Origin: Diplonema japonicum
Taxonomy: Eukaryota > Protista > Euglenozoa: Diplonemea
Direction of reading: 5' to 3'
NCBI GenBank assembly: GCA_964019335.1
Contig: OZ025763.1
Span: forward strand, 1 to 64,000
DNA length: 64,000 nucleotides
Shown: piece by piece, positions 12,301 through 22,115 of the stretch
Position numbering within the stretch: the stretch's first letter is position 1
Layout of the letters: the number at the start of each line of letters is the position of its first letter
Program-made: the position numbers and the translations under genes
Notes under the pieces: generated by a model
Told to the model about the DNA's origin: nothing
The model's database searches: none
Seen by the model: only the letters and a program-made list of their open reading frames with translations

Positions 12301-12465
12301 GGAGTTGAAAGGGACATACAAGAAAGAACGCGTGTCGAGACTACGAAAAGCTTTAAAGGCGACAATAGGAACGAAGGCTATGCTCCAGAAGGGGAGCATT
12401 AATAGATAGGAACTCACACCACAAGAGGCTGTCCTCGAGTGGGATTGTCTTTTACTATGAGTTCT
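9330..12465 (+). mobile_element. 5'-truncated non-LTR (LINE-like) retrotransposon
   Basis: The reading frame is open from the flanking T-tract (~9330) through an RT ORF. The short 3' UTR forms a hairpin (GAACTCA...TGAGTTC) followed by a T-run. No endonuclease domain is visible. Confidence 0.85.
9395..12409 (+). CDS. Non-LTR reverse transcriptase with C-terminal CCHC zinc knuckle (N-terminally truncated)
   Basis: RT motifs 'ACGVDGW', 'LIPKG', 'RPITV', 'QHGFRP', 'LDFRKCFDLVP', 'GILQGCPLS', 'SYADD' and 'GMKLNPEKT'; CCHC 'CDLC...RHQLYEC'. 1004 aa with no stops. Confidence 0.92.
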   Translation: MMSTETRNLLRNISKLGGELGIEHCRVDDAESVDVIQEDLEVAECFTEGELADLITSRKRAQTRAYERSIRTNFAKERRHVTAWMNNSTKQGTQTVDAADGGVTANLKKMDKVMRTAWSDIFCARTPEDEPQFDEFQRRYGEHIKSNPMAHAPIDAKLLKEVIGKKADKGACGVDGWRIGELKRLPAPILQAFADLFNLIEETGEWPMQVTTALVSLIPKGEGTAPLDHRPITVTSTIYRLWASARLVQVLKWQERWITPRQHGFRPKHSTTSALIDLCTKLELALVEDEPLEGLALDFRKCFDLVPQQLSHELMLALGLDPAIARALQGMYGQISRRFKFPIGIGATFKATNGILQGCPLSVIIINALLAVMIRTIEKEAPGTEVLSYADDTYLLAELEKTLQAAVNGTLEFCGLTGMKLNPEKTVAFGTKKGFRSKVLGDRTVTQKGREVAVPYRTVTSFKALGVMVFTNRTGTTWNEPATEAANKLDRLGGTSLSFETKGYLIGTSVLPSCLYSSPFSPPSDEALKKLTTRVTCNLWGPHFRGRSPAAVNTVLLKGHINDPLSYVICHSLKVISSALERTGLGQRVRQIVQRYGSQRTPLGPVGNLICRWMPRIGWDWEKMEIATELEWPKRGSAFRAAVRAARSATLATERKTVSGLGEGADPKTNDLWRTAKDRHLAFCIKRVIAGGIPYLSPYARAGPKCVPPTKEDDESEGRSEEEEDQDEPAAHEGQDESGFECDLCPTKHADTVTLLRHQLYECPPAREELIREEMEPLRDRTGWPLCLELHAILPRGNGFEHLEKLQRYLAMVVEKRDEGLMQAEGGNKKLPWEREVTGKVTPVPTTAQLGTVVGLLEQFGEPLLEWMGKLRWVEGDTDSEVSAAELALDFEETTGKSLGVYNMQRKARRIKLLVERANAVCRTRRIRRPFPADGAKRVKSLTAIGGKAAIGFNRRPIFASRQTAQKLQELKGTYKKERVSRLRKALKATIGTKAMLQKGSINR

Positions 12466-12619
12466 TTTTTTTTTTCCTCACTTCCATACCCCCCCCCCCC
12501 CCCCCCCCTTCTTCTTTCCCCCTTGTTGTTTGTGTAGCACTTTTTTTTTAAAATCGTTGTCATCGATCCGCAATTCATGTCCTCAGGGCGCATTTTTTTT
12601 TCTTTTTTTTTTTTCCTTT

Positions 12620-13417
12620 ATGGTGTGGTACGGGCCTACGACAGCTGAGTTTGTAGGGTTCACCTCGTTGCAGTTGCCGCAAGAGAGGGCGGGGAAGAGG
12701 AACGATGCAAAGGCACCTCACGATGTGGGATTGAGGTGCTTCACCCCGGTGTACAAGGAGGCGAAGAAGGCGAAGGAAAAAAAACGCGACCGCGGCTTGC
12801 GCGAAAGGCAGTACTCAAAAAGAATGGGAAACAAGACAATGGGAGGCTGGCTGGCGGAGAAACCGATTGAGGAGAAAACAGTGAAGAGAAAAGGCGACAG
12901 GGTCAAACTGAAGAAGGAGGAGAGGCTTCCAGAAAAACCCTGCAACATCCCTGTCGAGGCCGGGAGGGTGTCGCTGAAGAAGCTGTACATAAACAGGGAA
13001 GTGAGAAGTGGGTTGGATTATGGGGAGAGGGAGGTCCCGCTTTTTTCGTCATTTTCTCATGACAAAAAATTTTTAGACCCTGTGTTACGAAAGCTTGCAG
13101 ACACAAGGAGGCCCCACACGGCACGGCAACCGTCCACACCTACGGCCCACCACCTCCAACTCCAGACTTGTGCAGAGTTTTTGATTCACAACCACTCTAC
13201 TTCCTTCTCTGCCACTGCTTCGCGTACCCCTCGTCCGTACACTCCACAGTGCCCCTCGGCGGCTTCCTTCCTTGCCAATGCCAACCCTGCAGCAACTACA
13301 ACAGCTTCGTCACGACCACAAACGACTTCGCCCGCCAGCATCTTGTACTCCACACCAGGGCCCACCTCTACACAAAGCACAGTCGATCTTTCTTTTCTAA
13401 AGGATCGGTTTTTGTAA
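12620..13417 (+). CDS. Hypothetical basic, Ser/Thr/Pro-rich protein
   Basis: ATG at 12620 follows a pyrimidine tract; ~265-aa open frame; no family recognised. Confidence 0.55.
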   Translation: MVWYGPTTAEFVGFTSLQLPQERAGKRNDAKAPHDVGLRCFTPVYKEAKKAKEKKRDRGLRERQYSKRMGNKTMGGWLAEKPIEEKTVKRKGDRVKLKKEERLPEKPCNIPVEAGRVSLKKLYINREVRSGLDYGEREVPLFSSFSHDKKFLDPVLRKLADTRRPHTARQPSTPTAHHLQLQTCAEFLIHNHSTSFSATASRTPRPYTPQCPSAASFLANANPAATTTASSRPQTTSPASILYSTPGPTSTQSTVDLSFLKDRFL

Positions 13418-13428
13418 AAAAAAATTTT

Positions 13429-13979
13429 TTTATTTCACTCTTCGTCATTTTCTTCACTCACTAGGGGCCTCATTATTTAACGCGAAACGGCCATTATTTA
13501 ACGCGAAATCGCCATTATTTAACTAGTTAAATAATGAGATTTTGCAGTTAAATAATGGCCCTTCAGAGTGAAAAAATGGGTCTTGTCGTGGAAAAAAATG
13601 CACCCAACCCCTTGAAAAAATTTTTTGGGGTGGGGGTATTTTGACTATTTTTGGCCATCTGAGGCCATTCCAGCCCTTAAAAGTGGGAATAAGTGCCTTA
13701 CTTCCCCTTTAAATGCCACGGCGAAATAGCTACCCTGTATTACCTTAGGAAAATCCCCAAAAAGCTGACCTGCGTGAAAAAAAACAGCAGTGAAAGCAGT
13801 GAAGAGTGAGTGACTCAAATGACGAAGAGTGAAATAAAACGACTTACTTGCCGCCAAATGAGCCATTATTTAACACTCGTTACCCGTTTTTTTGCACTCG
13901 GGCCCTGCGGGCCCTCGTGCAAAAAATTCGGGAACTCGAGTTAAATAATGACTCATTATTTGTTGGCAATAAATAGTTA
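13429..13979 (+). mobile_element. Hairpin/sub-TIR non-autonomous DNA element, family 1, copy A
   Basis: Three copies in the window. Asymmetric inverted repeat ATTTCACTCTTCGTCATTT (13432 / ~13817), repeated CATTATTTAAC motifs, and a ~120-nt terminal foldback at 13848-13969. Confidence 0.75.
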
Positions 13980-14072
13980 TTTTTTTCTCTCTCTCTTTTT
14001 TTTTTTTTTTTTTTTTTCTTTTTTTTTTTGCGTCTGTGTTAATAAAAAAAGAGAGGGGGACAAAAAAAAAAA

Positions 14073-14243
14073 ATGCCGTTCTTCAAACTCGGTTGGTCGC
14101 AGCCCATCGGGTACTTCTGCAGGGAACTCCGCTCGCCAGACGTGGAGGGGAGGTATTCTATAGGCAACTGCAGTGGCAACGGGTACAAAAAGTTCGTGGG
14201 GAAGCTCCCACCACCGTCGAGGGTGAAGATTTTTACACGCTAG
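14073..14243 (+). CDS. Small 56-aa basic protein (MPFFKLGWSQPIGYFCRELRSPDVEGRYSIGNCSGNGYKKFVGKLPPPSRVKIFTR)
   Basis: ATG directly after an A-run, as in the well-supported genes here. The ORF exactly fills a complex-sequence island and TAG is followed by a T-run. It is absent from the ORF track (apparently below its size cut-off). Confidence 0.6.
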   Translation: MPFFKLGWSQPIGYFCRELRSPDVEGRYSIGNCSGNGYKKFVGKLPPPSRVKIFTR

Positions 14244-14360
14244 ATCTTTTTTTTTTTTTTTTTTTTTTTTCTTCTTCTGAGGGTTCCCCAGAAAGGGAGG
14301 GAGAATTTTTAAAAAAAAAAAAGGAGGGGGGAGGGCAGTCCACAAAGAAAAAAAAAAAAA

Positions 14361-15006
14361 ATGGCGGGTGTCGCAGCACAGCAACCGTACATCCAATGTA
14401 TTAAAAGGACGCTGAACGCAGCACTCTGTGTGATGAACTTTCCTTCCCAGGTGGTGGAGAGGCATAACAAACCGGAAGTAGAGGCAGCAACGAGCCCAGA
14501 GGTGTTGCTGAATCCAGTAGTGATCGCCCGAGATGACGAACAGGTGCTGATAGAATGTATGAGAAGGGAGGGAAATATTAAATGAACACACAGCTTCTGT
14601 CAACAGCGTACGGCTCAGCATCAAAATCAGAAAACTGGATGCGCTTGACACCCAGATCACAAAGAGGTTTATGGATTTCCTTGAACGGAGGGCAGAGCAC
14701 TACTATATTATGAGGTAATGAGAAGGGAAAAAAAAAAAAAAAAAAAAAAAAAAAGGAGAAAACCCGTGTCGCACAATGGGGTGCAGTACGACCTCAGCTT
14801 GCTCATCACAAATGACCACACTGATACCATGTTGAAGGACCAATTGATCGATTGGGTTATCGCCTTCATGCAGGATATCAGCAAGGAACTCTCGGACATT
14901 AAGATTCACGTATGCTGGGTGAATGAGGGGAAAAAAAAAAAAAAAAAAGGTTGGCGTTAGAGCGAGAGAAGTGGCAAAGGACTATTTCATGAACTTCCCT
15001 AAATAA
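14361..15006 (+). CDS. ARPC4: Arp2/3 complex subunit 4 (p20-Arc), 4 exons
   Basis: '[16 protein letters not shown]', '[12 protein letters not shown]', '[15 protein letters not shown]' and '[16 protein letters not shown]'. Introns at 14557-14593, 14715-14755 and 14910-14949. Confidence 0.95.
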
Positions 15007-15416
15007 GTATCGAGAGACGATAGGGAGGAGGGAGAAGAGGGGAAAAAAAAAGAAAAAAAAAATGTTTTGTGCTCAATTTTTTTTTGTGGTATCTTCCCTC
15101 CCCCCCCCGTGTGGTTAGTTATGAATGAGGATTGTGCAAAAAAAAAAAATGGGGGGGAGAGAGCTGGAGGCCCCCCCCCGGCAGTGTGATATCCCTTTTT
15201 TTTATATCCCCTTTCCCCTTTATTGATTTCCTTTTTTTTTTTCTTTTTTTCCTTTTTCTTTCCGTGGTATCTTGTGCCCAACACAACACCCCCCCTCCAC
15301 CCTTTTTTTTTTTCCTGTGTTCTTTCCAATCTTTTTTTTTTTAAAAACTTTTAAACAAAAATACTGTACAACAAAAAAAAAAAAAAAAAAAAAAAAAGAG
15401 AATAAAAAAATACAAA

Positions 15417-17561
15417 ATGCGGCGGACATGCCCGCAACTTGGAAGAAAATTATGGGAGGAGGCAAAACACCTTTCACTGGTTCAGAAGACCAGGCCGACC
15501 CCGGTCCCGTTAAAAGACGCGGGTTACGAGATCCAAGTAAAGGTGGCCGAGCGGGGCCCGACGAGGGTGAAGGGAAGCTACGGAACGCTCATCGCAAAGG
15601 ACGCAATGATAAACAAGACACACAAGAATTCCATTGAAGTGGTTCGGTACAACGGGGTCAACGAAACAACTATGGACGAAGAAGGAAAAGTACCCGCAAG
15701 AGAACTCCCGGGAAACGAACTGACCTTGCGCTCAGACCCATTCAAAGAAGACAGGATCGCAAAGATCAAAGAAGGCAAATCACTATCCATTAGCTACGCG
15801 AACCCCTACCACATCCCCGACGTTTTGCGAGGGACAGATCAATGCCCCGGCTGCGGTTCCTTAATGCAATGCAGAGAAGAGTTCAAATCAGGCTACACCT
15901 CCCTAGAATCGATTAAGCTTCACATTGAAAACCATGACAGGATGATGAAGCTTCGGGAGAGATACTATTTAAGACAGGAAAAACTTCACGAAAATATCAA
16001 AACTTCAGGGTTTCAGGAAGGCATGGAGTACCAAGACTACATAACAGAAGAAGAGCTTCAAGCTGTCCACCAGTACCACCCCTCCCCGGTCATCTGCGAG
16101 AGATGTCTTCACATCGGGAGTTATTCCTACGACTCCTGTAAAAATATGATGCCATCTTCGGAGTGGGTTGACGAACTAATGGAAATCCGAGAGAAAAATT
16201 GCGTTGTAGTGCTGGTAGTGTCATTGTGGGATTTTGAGGGAACGTTTCTGACAGACATTCGAAACACAATCGGGCCGAAGAAGATCGTCATGGTAGGGAC
16301 GCATGCGGACGCGATCCCCATCCCGTGGGTGTTGAAGGGAACCGAGTTCTGGGCAGAGGTGAAAACTGGTGGAAAAATGTCTGAGAAATGGAATGAAAAA
16401 CACTTGGGCTTGCTAGGAACATGGATGAAAAAACGCGCGAAGATGGCAAACATCAAAGTACAGGACGCCATCGCCGTCGGCAACCAGCAAAACCAAAACA
16501 TCGACTTAGTGGCTGCCGCCATCGAACACTGGCGAAAACCGGATGAAGAGGTGTATTTAGTAGGTGCTGCAAATGTCGGAAAGAGTTCGCTTCTCAACAA
16601 CCTTATTTCAAGATACACCGTTGCAGCCCCGCCTCACCCCGCGGCGGAGCTCGTCACCGACATCGTCAGAAAAAACGGCAAAATCGAGTACACAAAACGC
16701 TGGAAGATCCCCGAAGAAGCCGCTCCCATTGAAAAAGCTCTCTCCCTCACCATCGACAATGTATTTTCCTCCCCCGTACAAACTGTTTCCGACATCCCGG
16801 GGACCACGATAAAAAATATAAAACTGGACATATCCACGTCTCGGGGTAAATCCAGAATACACGACACACCAGGCGTGATCACAAAGAACTCGATTGCGAA
16901 TGTACTGCCCTTGGGGATTGCGTCGATGGTGACACCTAAGCAAAGGTCGCACTTGGACTTCTTCAAGGTGGCACCGGGTGATTCTCTTTTCGTGTCGGCG
17001 ATGGTACGGGTTGACGTTGTAAAAGGTCCGCCAGAAGGTGTTTTGCTCAAAGCAGTCGCACGATGGAACAGATTAACTACTCGGATCGAGAGGACTGCGA
17101 CAGCAGATGTCTTTTACGAAAAATGGAAGGGTATAAAAACTGTTCTGTCCCCTCCTTCAACCCGCCCGATGCTTGACACACTGGGAGGTCTCGTTGAAGA
17201 GACTGTGGTATACATCGGTGTTGGGGAGACCCCGAAAGATATTTGCGTTAACGGGCTGTTCTTCTTCTCCCCTACTCCGTGCGACCAAGGTGTGGTCTTC
17301 AAAATACACACGGTCAAGGGTCTTCGGGTTGTTACACGGCCCAGTATATACGACCTAAGGAACATCCACCCCCCGAGAAAGCTGTTCAGAGGGAGAAAGA
17401 AATCCCGCGCGGAGGCTGACCCGTTCCTTGTCAAAATGGTGTCCGACACCTATGGGATCATGCCCGAGATGAAGCGGACAAAACGCGTGGAAACAACGCC
17501 GTTTATCGAAGAGAATGATGATGATGATGATGATGAGGGGGAGACCGCCGGGTTGCTTTGA
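15417..17561 (+). CDS. NOA1: Circularly permuted YqeH/NOA1-family GTPase (mitoribosome assembly-type)
   Basis: Zn finger CPGC...CERC, G1 'VGAANVGKSSLLN', G2 'PGTT' and G3 'DTPG' in the cpGTPase arrangement. Confidence 0.8.
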   Translation: MRRTCPQLGRKLWEEAKHLSLVQKTRPTPVPLKDAGYEIQVKVAERGPTRVKGSYGTLIAKDAMINKTHKNSIEVVRYNGVNETTMDEEGKVPARELPGNELTLRSDPFKEDRIAKIKEGKSLSISYANPYHIPDVLRGTDQCPGCGSLMQCREEFKSGYTSLESIKLHIENHDRMMKLRERYYLRQEKLHENIKTSGFQEGMEYQDYITEEELQAVHQYHPSPVICERCLHIGSYSYDSCKNMMPSSEWVDELMEIREKNCVVVLVVSLWDFEGTFLTDIRNTIGPKKIVMVGTHADAIPIPWVLKGTEFWAEVKTGGKMSEKWNEKHLGLLGTWMKKRAKMANIKVQDAIAVGNQQNQNIDLVAAAIEHWRKPDEEVYLVGAANVGKSSLLNNLISRYTVAAPPHPAAELVTDIVRKNGKIEYTKRWKIPEEAAPIEKALSLTIDNVFSSPVQTVSDIPGTTIKNIKLDISTSRGKSRIHDTPGVITKNSIANVLPLGIASMVTPKQRSHLDFFKVAPGDSLFVSAMVRVDVVKGPPEGVLLKAVARWNRLTTRIERTATADVFYEKWKGIKTVLSPPSTRPMLDTLGGLVEETVVYIGVGETPKDICVNGLFFFSPTPCDQGVVFKIHTVKGLRVVTRPSIYDLRNIHPPRKLFRGRKKSRAEADPFLVKMVSDTYGIMPEMKRTKRVETTPFIEENDDDDDDEGETAGLL

Positions 17562-17679
17562 AAAAAAAAAAAAAAAAAAAAAAAAAAGAAGAAGAATCAG
17601 GAAAATGTTCGTTTCTAACTCTTTTTTTTTTTTTTTTTTTTCTTTCCTTTCTTTCTTTTTTTATATTCTCCCGCCGGGG

Positions 17680-17710
<31 letters not shown>

Positions 17711-17732
17711 GGGAAAACAACAACAACAAAAA

Positions 17733-19025
17733 ATGTCGCTCACGCTGCTGCTAACAGCCGCGACCGTTGCCCAGCAAGTCGCATCCTATGCAACGGGCAC
17801 GCAAGTTCCATTGTTCGTGGACCAAGTAATACCAGAGGACAACCCATCGGAAGGGTACCCTTACTATTCGTTGAGATTCTGCCAACCAGACGTGATCGTT
17901 AAGAGCAAGCAAAGCTTGGGGGAGTACCTTGGCGGAAGCAGAAAGGTTTACTCAGGCTACGTTATAAATTACGGCGTGGATACCGTGCACAAAGAACTCT
18001 GTAACGTCAGAATGGACGGAGCCGAGACCGGTGACTTCATCGACGCCATCCGACACAGGTGGTACTCCATAATGCACTTTGACAATGTCCCCATGAAATC
18101 TCTTCTGGGAGAGGTCGATCCTCGAAATGGAAATATTTACATTTACGTACACCACCATTTAAATATTACGTACAATCGAGATCATGTTATCGATGCAAAA
18201 TTCGTCCCCGACCGGCGGACGAAGATACGCCTTGAACCGGGTGATCATCACACTGTTCTTCTGTTCAGCTACCAAGTGAAATGGACGGAAACCTTAGTTC
18301 CGTACGAGGACCGGCCGTCTTTCAATCCGGGTTACATACAGCAAGAGGAGATCGACATCCAGTGGTTTTCAATTCTCAATTCGCTCATTCTCGTTGCGAT
18401 GCTGACCTTCTTCCTCATATTCCTCACCGTGCGTCTGCTCAAGAAAGACATGGAGAAGTATGACGATGGAGAGGACAGTGGGTGGAAACTGCTTCACGGG
18501 GACGTTTTCCGCACCCCAGAGTACCCCCTCTTGTTCACATCTATCATTGGATGCGGAATGCAACTATTGCTCGTGTTCACGTCAATGCTGACCCTTTCTG
18601 TGGTAGGGGTGTTCTACTCCCACACGAGAGGGACGATGTACGCTGCAATTGTCGTTATTTACAGTGTGACGTCGGTCGTTGCTGGGTACGTCAGTGGGAT
18701 ATACTTCAAAAAGGTATTTTGAAAAAAAAAAAAAAGAAAAAAAAAAATTCTATAGTTTGGTGGGACTGATTGGGTTCACTCGGTGTTTCTTACTTGCACG
18801 TTATTTATGTTTCCCGTGTTTGTGGTGTGGGCTTGTTTAAACAGCGTGGCGTGGGCGCATGGTTCGACGTCCGCGCTGCCCTTCGGTGTGATCCTCGGGC
18901 TGCTTGCTTTGTATCTGCTAGTTGCGTTCCCGCTCACCCTTGTAGGGGGCATTGCTGGGAAACACGCAAAACCCGGCAACGACATGCCGTGCAAAACAAG
19001 GAAAATAGAGAGGCCGGTATGGGGG

Positions 19026-19060
<35 letters not shown>

Positions 19061-19525
19061 CAGATCCCGGAAGTTCCATGGTGGAGGGGCCCTGTGGGGC
19101 ATGTTCTGATCGCGGGATTTTTACCATTTTCCGCGATTTATGTGGAGATGTACTACGTTTTCATGTCGTTGTGGGGGCACCAACTGTTCACCCCTTATGC
19201 GATTCTGTTTCTGGCGTTCACGATTTTGCTCGTGGTGACTGCAAGCATCAACATAGCGCTGACCTACCTCCAGCTGTCACTTGAAGACCACAAGTGGTGG
19301 TGGCGGTCGATCGTCAGCGGCGGAGCTACTGCAGCATACACTTATGCCTACAGTGCTTATTATTACAAATATGAATCCCATATGTACGGAGATCTCCAAT
19401 TCTGCTTCTATTTCGGTTACATGTTCATACTGTGCTATGGGGTCTTCCTCATGCTGAGCGCGCTTGGCTTTCTCGGCTCGTTGGTGTTCGTCAAACAGAT
19501 CTACAGTTCTATCAAGATCGATTGA
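17733..19525 (+). CDS. Transmembrane 9 superfamily (EMP70/TM9SF) protein, 3 exons
   Basis: 'YYSLRFC', 'IQWFSILNS', 'SGWKLLHGDVFR.P', 'AGFLPFSAIYVE', 'EDHKWWWRS' and C-terminal 'QIYSSIKID'. Introns at 18714-18755 and 19017-19063. Confidence 0.93.
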
Positions 19526-19715
19526 AAGAAAGAAAGAAAAGGGGGGGTGGTTGGGGGGGGAGGTGCCAAGTGTTTCTTATACTTTTGCTCCTTTTATTTA
19601 TTTATTATTATTTTTTTTTTTTTTATTATTATTACTTTGCGTTTTTTTTTTTTTTTTTTTTTTTTTTGATGAATTAAAAAATTATTTTTACCAAGGGGAA
19701 AGAAAAAAAAAAAAA

Positions 19716-20969
19716 ATGCCTATCATGGCACGGTTTCCGGTGGCTTTTCTGCAACCGGGGATGTATCAGCTGCACTTGGGCGCACTGAGCAAAACGGTGA
19801 AAGCAGGAAAGTTCCTGAACGTAGATAGTATAGTGAAGGGAGCCATGCGAGAGGTGTACCACTGCCAAGAAGGCGAGGAAAAAACCGTAACTAGCGACGT
19901 CCACGCGGACAACCCAAGCGAAACCCAACGAGACATTGAAGTCTACAATGTGCTCATGGTGACGCTGGGCGAACTAAAAGGCGTGTACACCAGAGTAAAG
20001 GCCGTCGCGGGTACCGATATAGATTTAGGCTACGCTGTACCATGCAAATTCTACGAGCGAGCGATAAATGGAGTTAGCTACACGGAAATAGTGGCGTTCA
20101 TACTGGGCTGGTTTTTGGAACACGCAAAAGAACATTTGCCCGATCTTTTCATCCAGCTGTTGGAGGCTTCGTTCAATTGCATAGGGCGGCACACCCAAGT
20201 TTTCGAACATTTCATCGCCACGCATTACACTTCTTCCCAACACCACAACACGGATTTTTCGACAATCTCGCTCTTCGATGTTTGGGCGGACGCTTTCAAA
20301 AAACAAGCCTTGCAAACGGCGATTCTCAACCCGCTCCTCTTCGTGTTCCGGAAAAAATACTCTGTTTTTGAAAATATCGAGGCGCACGGAGGCTCGTTCT
20401 GGGGGTCTCTCATTCGAGTTATCTTTGGAATGCCAATGCCTTTAGAAGATGTGCGTGACATCGACAAAGGATGGGAATGGGTCGCTCAGGATATCGCTGA
20501 TCCATTGGTGCTTAAACCGTGCATGAGCAACTTTGGGAGGAATATTCGAGACATACGTTTTGAGACCATCCCCCAAGATAGCCCGGTTGAGAGGTATATG
20601 GATGTGAGATACAGATACACGTCGTTGAAGGTATTTTTAAAAGATGTTCGAAAAAGTCGGTTTACAGCAGAGGAGGAGCGGCAGCTTCGGGGCCCGCTTA
20701 CCCGTTTTGCATCGTTGTTCACTCCTGAGGTGATCTGCCCAGCATTCCTCGACTACCTGATATCGCGGGAGGAGGGGTTGGATGAGGATCTCCGTTTGTT
20801 GATTGTCATTGACCCCGACGACCCCTGTAAGGTGCGCTACAACATCCCTGCGATCCAGTCCATGATGAAAAATAGATACGGAGTAGATCTAACAAATGTG
20901 ATCACAACAGGATTGACAAAGGAACCAGAGGGGGTTCGTGTCTCGTGTTGGTCGATTTTCTCGAGGTGA
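19716..20969 (+). CDS. Hypothetical globular protein (~417 aa), intronless
   Basis: ATG after an A-run; long, well-composed ORF; no family recognised. Confidence 0.7.
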   Translation: MPIMARFPVAFLQPGMYQLHLGALSKTVKAGKFLNVDSIVKGAMREVYHCQEGEEKTVTSDVHADNPSETQRDIEVYNVLMVTLGELKGVYTRVKAVAGTDIDLGYAVPCKFYERAINGVSYTEIVAFILGWFLEHAKEHLPDLFIQLLEASFNCIGRHTQVFEHFIATHYTSSQHHNTDFSTISLFDVWADAFKKQALQTAILNPLLFVFRKKYSVFENIEAHGGSFWGSLIRVIFGMPMPLEDVRDIDKGWEWVAQDIADPLVLKPCMSNFGRNIRDIRFETIPQDSPVERYMDVRYRYTSLKVFLKDVRKSRFTAEEERQLRGPLTRFASLFTPEVICPAFLDYLISREEGLDEDLRLLIVIDPDDPCKVRYNIPAIQSMMKNRYGVDLTNVITTGLTKEPEGVRVSCWSIFSR

Positions 20970-21029
20970 TTTTTTTTTTTTTTTTTTTTTTTTTCTTGCT
21001 TACACATCGGCAACTGGATTTTTGTTGTC

Positions 21030-21072
<43 letters not shown>

Positions 21073-21180
21073 CTGATGGCACACCAAGGCGCGAAAACCT
21101 TACCATCAATTGAGGGCCCCCCTTTTTTTTTGACTGCTCGGACCTTTAAACAGTTCCTTGGATTGGTCATAATGGTTAAG

Positions 21181-21236
21181 CCATAGGGGTAAACAGGGAA
21201 TTAGGGTTCGATCCCCGGAGAGGGAAGCCTGAGAAA
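21181..21236 (+). pseudogene. Degenerate SSU (18S) rRNA fragment
   Basis: GGAATTAGGGTTCGATCCCCGGAGAGGGAAGCCTGAGAAA closely resembles the conserved 18S stretch GGAATTAGGGTTCGATTCCGGAGAGGGAGCCTGAGAAA. The flanks are not recognisable rRNA. Confidence 0.6.
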
Positions 21237-22115
21237 AAAAACATCAGGTTAAATTATATGCATCCACACTGGCCTCATTTATCTCATACGGTCTGTTACA
21301 CGCTACAATCAAAAAAAAAAAAAAGGCAAAAAAAAAAAAAAAAAAAAAAAAAACTCCGTTAAGCGATCCTGTCACATGCTGTAGTTTCTACAGACACATT
21401 TATTTCTAATTTTCGTTCATGGAGGGTTTTTATTTTTTTCTTTCTGCCATTGAAGAGTTCCTCTCGTCTGATGAGGACAGCACCTGGAGGAGTCGCGAGA
21501 TTGGTCCGAACCTGAGATGCCTAGTACTGGCCATACCCCCTTCCCCTTTTTAAGTCAAGCGGCCTTCGTCTCAGGGAGCTTGCATGTTAATTTGAATTCT
21601 TTCTTCTTACGGGCAGCAGGGGACAAGTTTTTTTTTTTTTTTTTTTTTTTTTGTTAAGCCCCAACCCGGTATATTTCTTGTCATCCCTTCTTTCTTCTCC
21701 TCCACAGTCTATCTATACAAAAAAAAAAAAATACGTTTCTTTCTTTCTTTCTTTTTCTTTTTTTTTTCTCTCTCTCCCCTTCTTTTTATTCTGCATTCCC
21801 CCCCCCCCCATTTCTTTTTCTCTCTTTCCCTCAATTAAAGAAAAAGCAGGAATAAGAACAAAAAAAAAAAAAGGATGAGGCGCGGGAGAAAAAAAACGTC
21901 TTTTTAACAAAAAAAAATCGTTTGGGCTTTCTAATACGTTTTTATTTTTTTATTTTTTTATTCGTTTTTTTTTTTCTTTTTTTTTTTTTAGTATTTTTTT
22001 TTTCTCTCGTTCTTCGTTCTTTTGCCTCTTCCGTTTTTAACATCAAAACTCAACAATCTTAAGGGGGGGTAACTTTTGATCAACAAAAAAAAAAAAAAAA
22101 ACCGAGAAAAAAAAA

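Noticed and set aside
13466-13560. Short repeated units resembling a CRISPR array or iterons
   Set aside because: Only a few 11-21-nt units in mixed orientation, with no unique spacers and no cas genes; they are part of a dispersed element.
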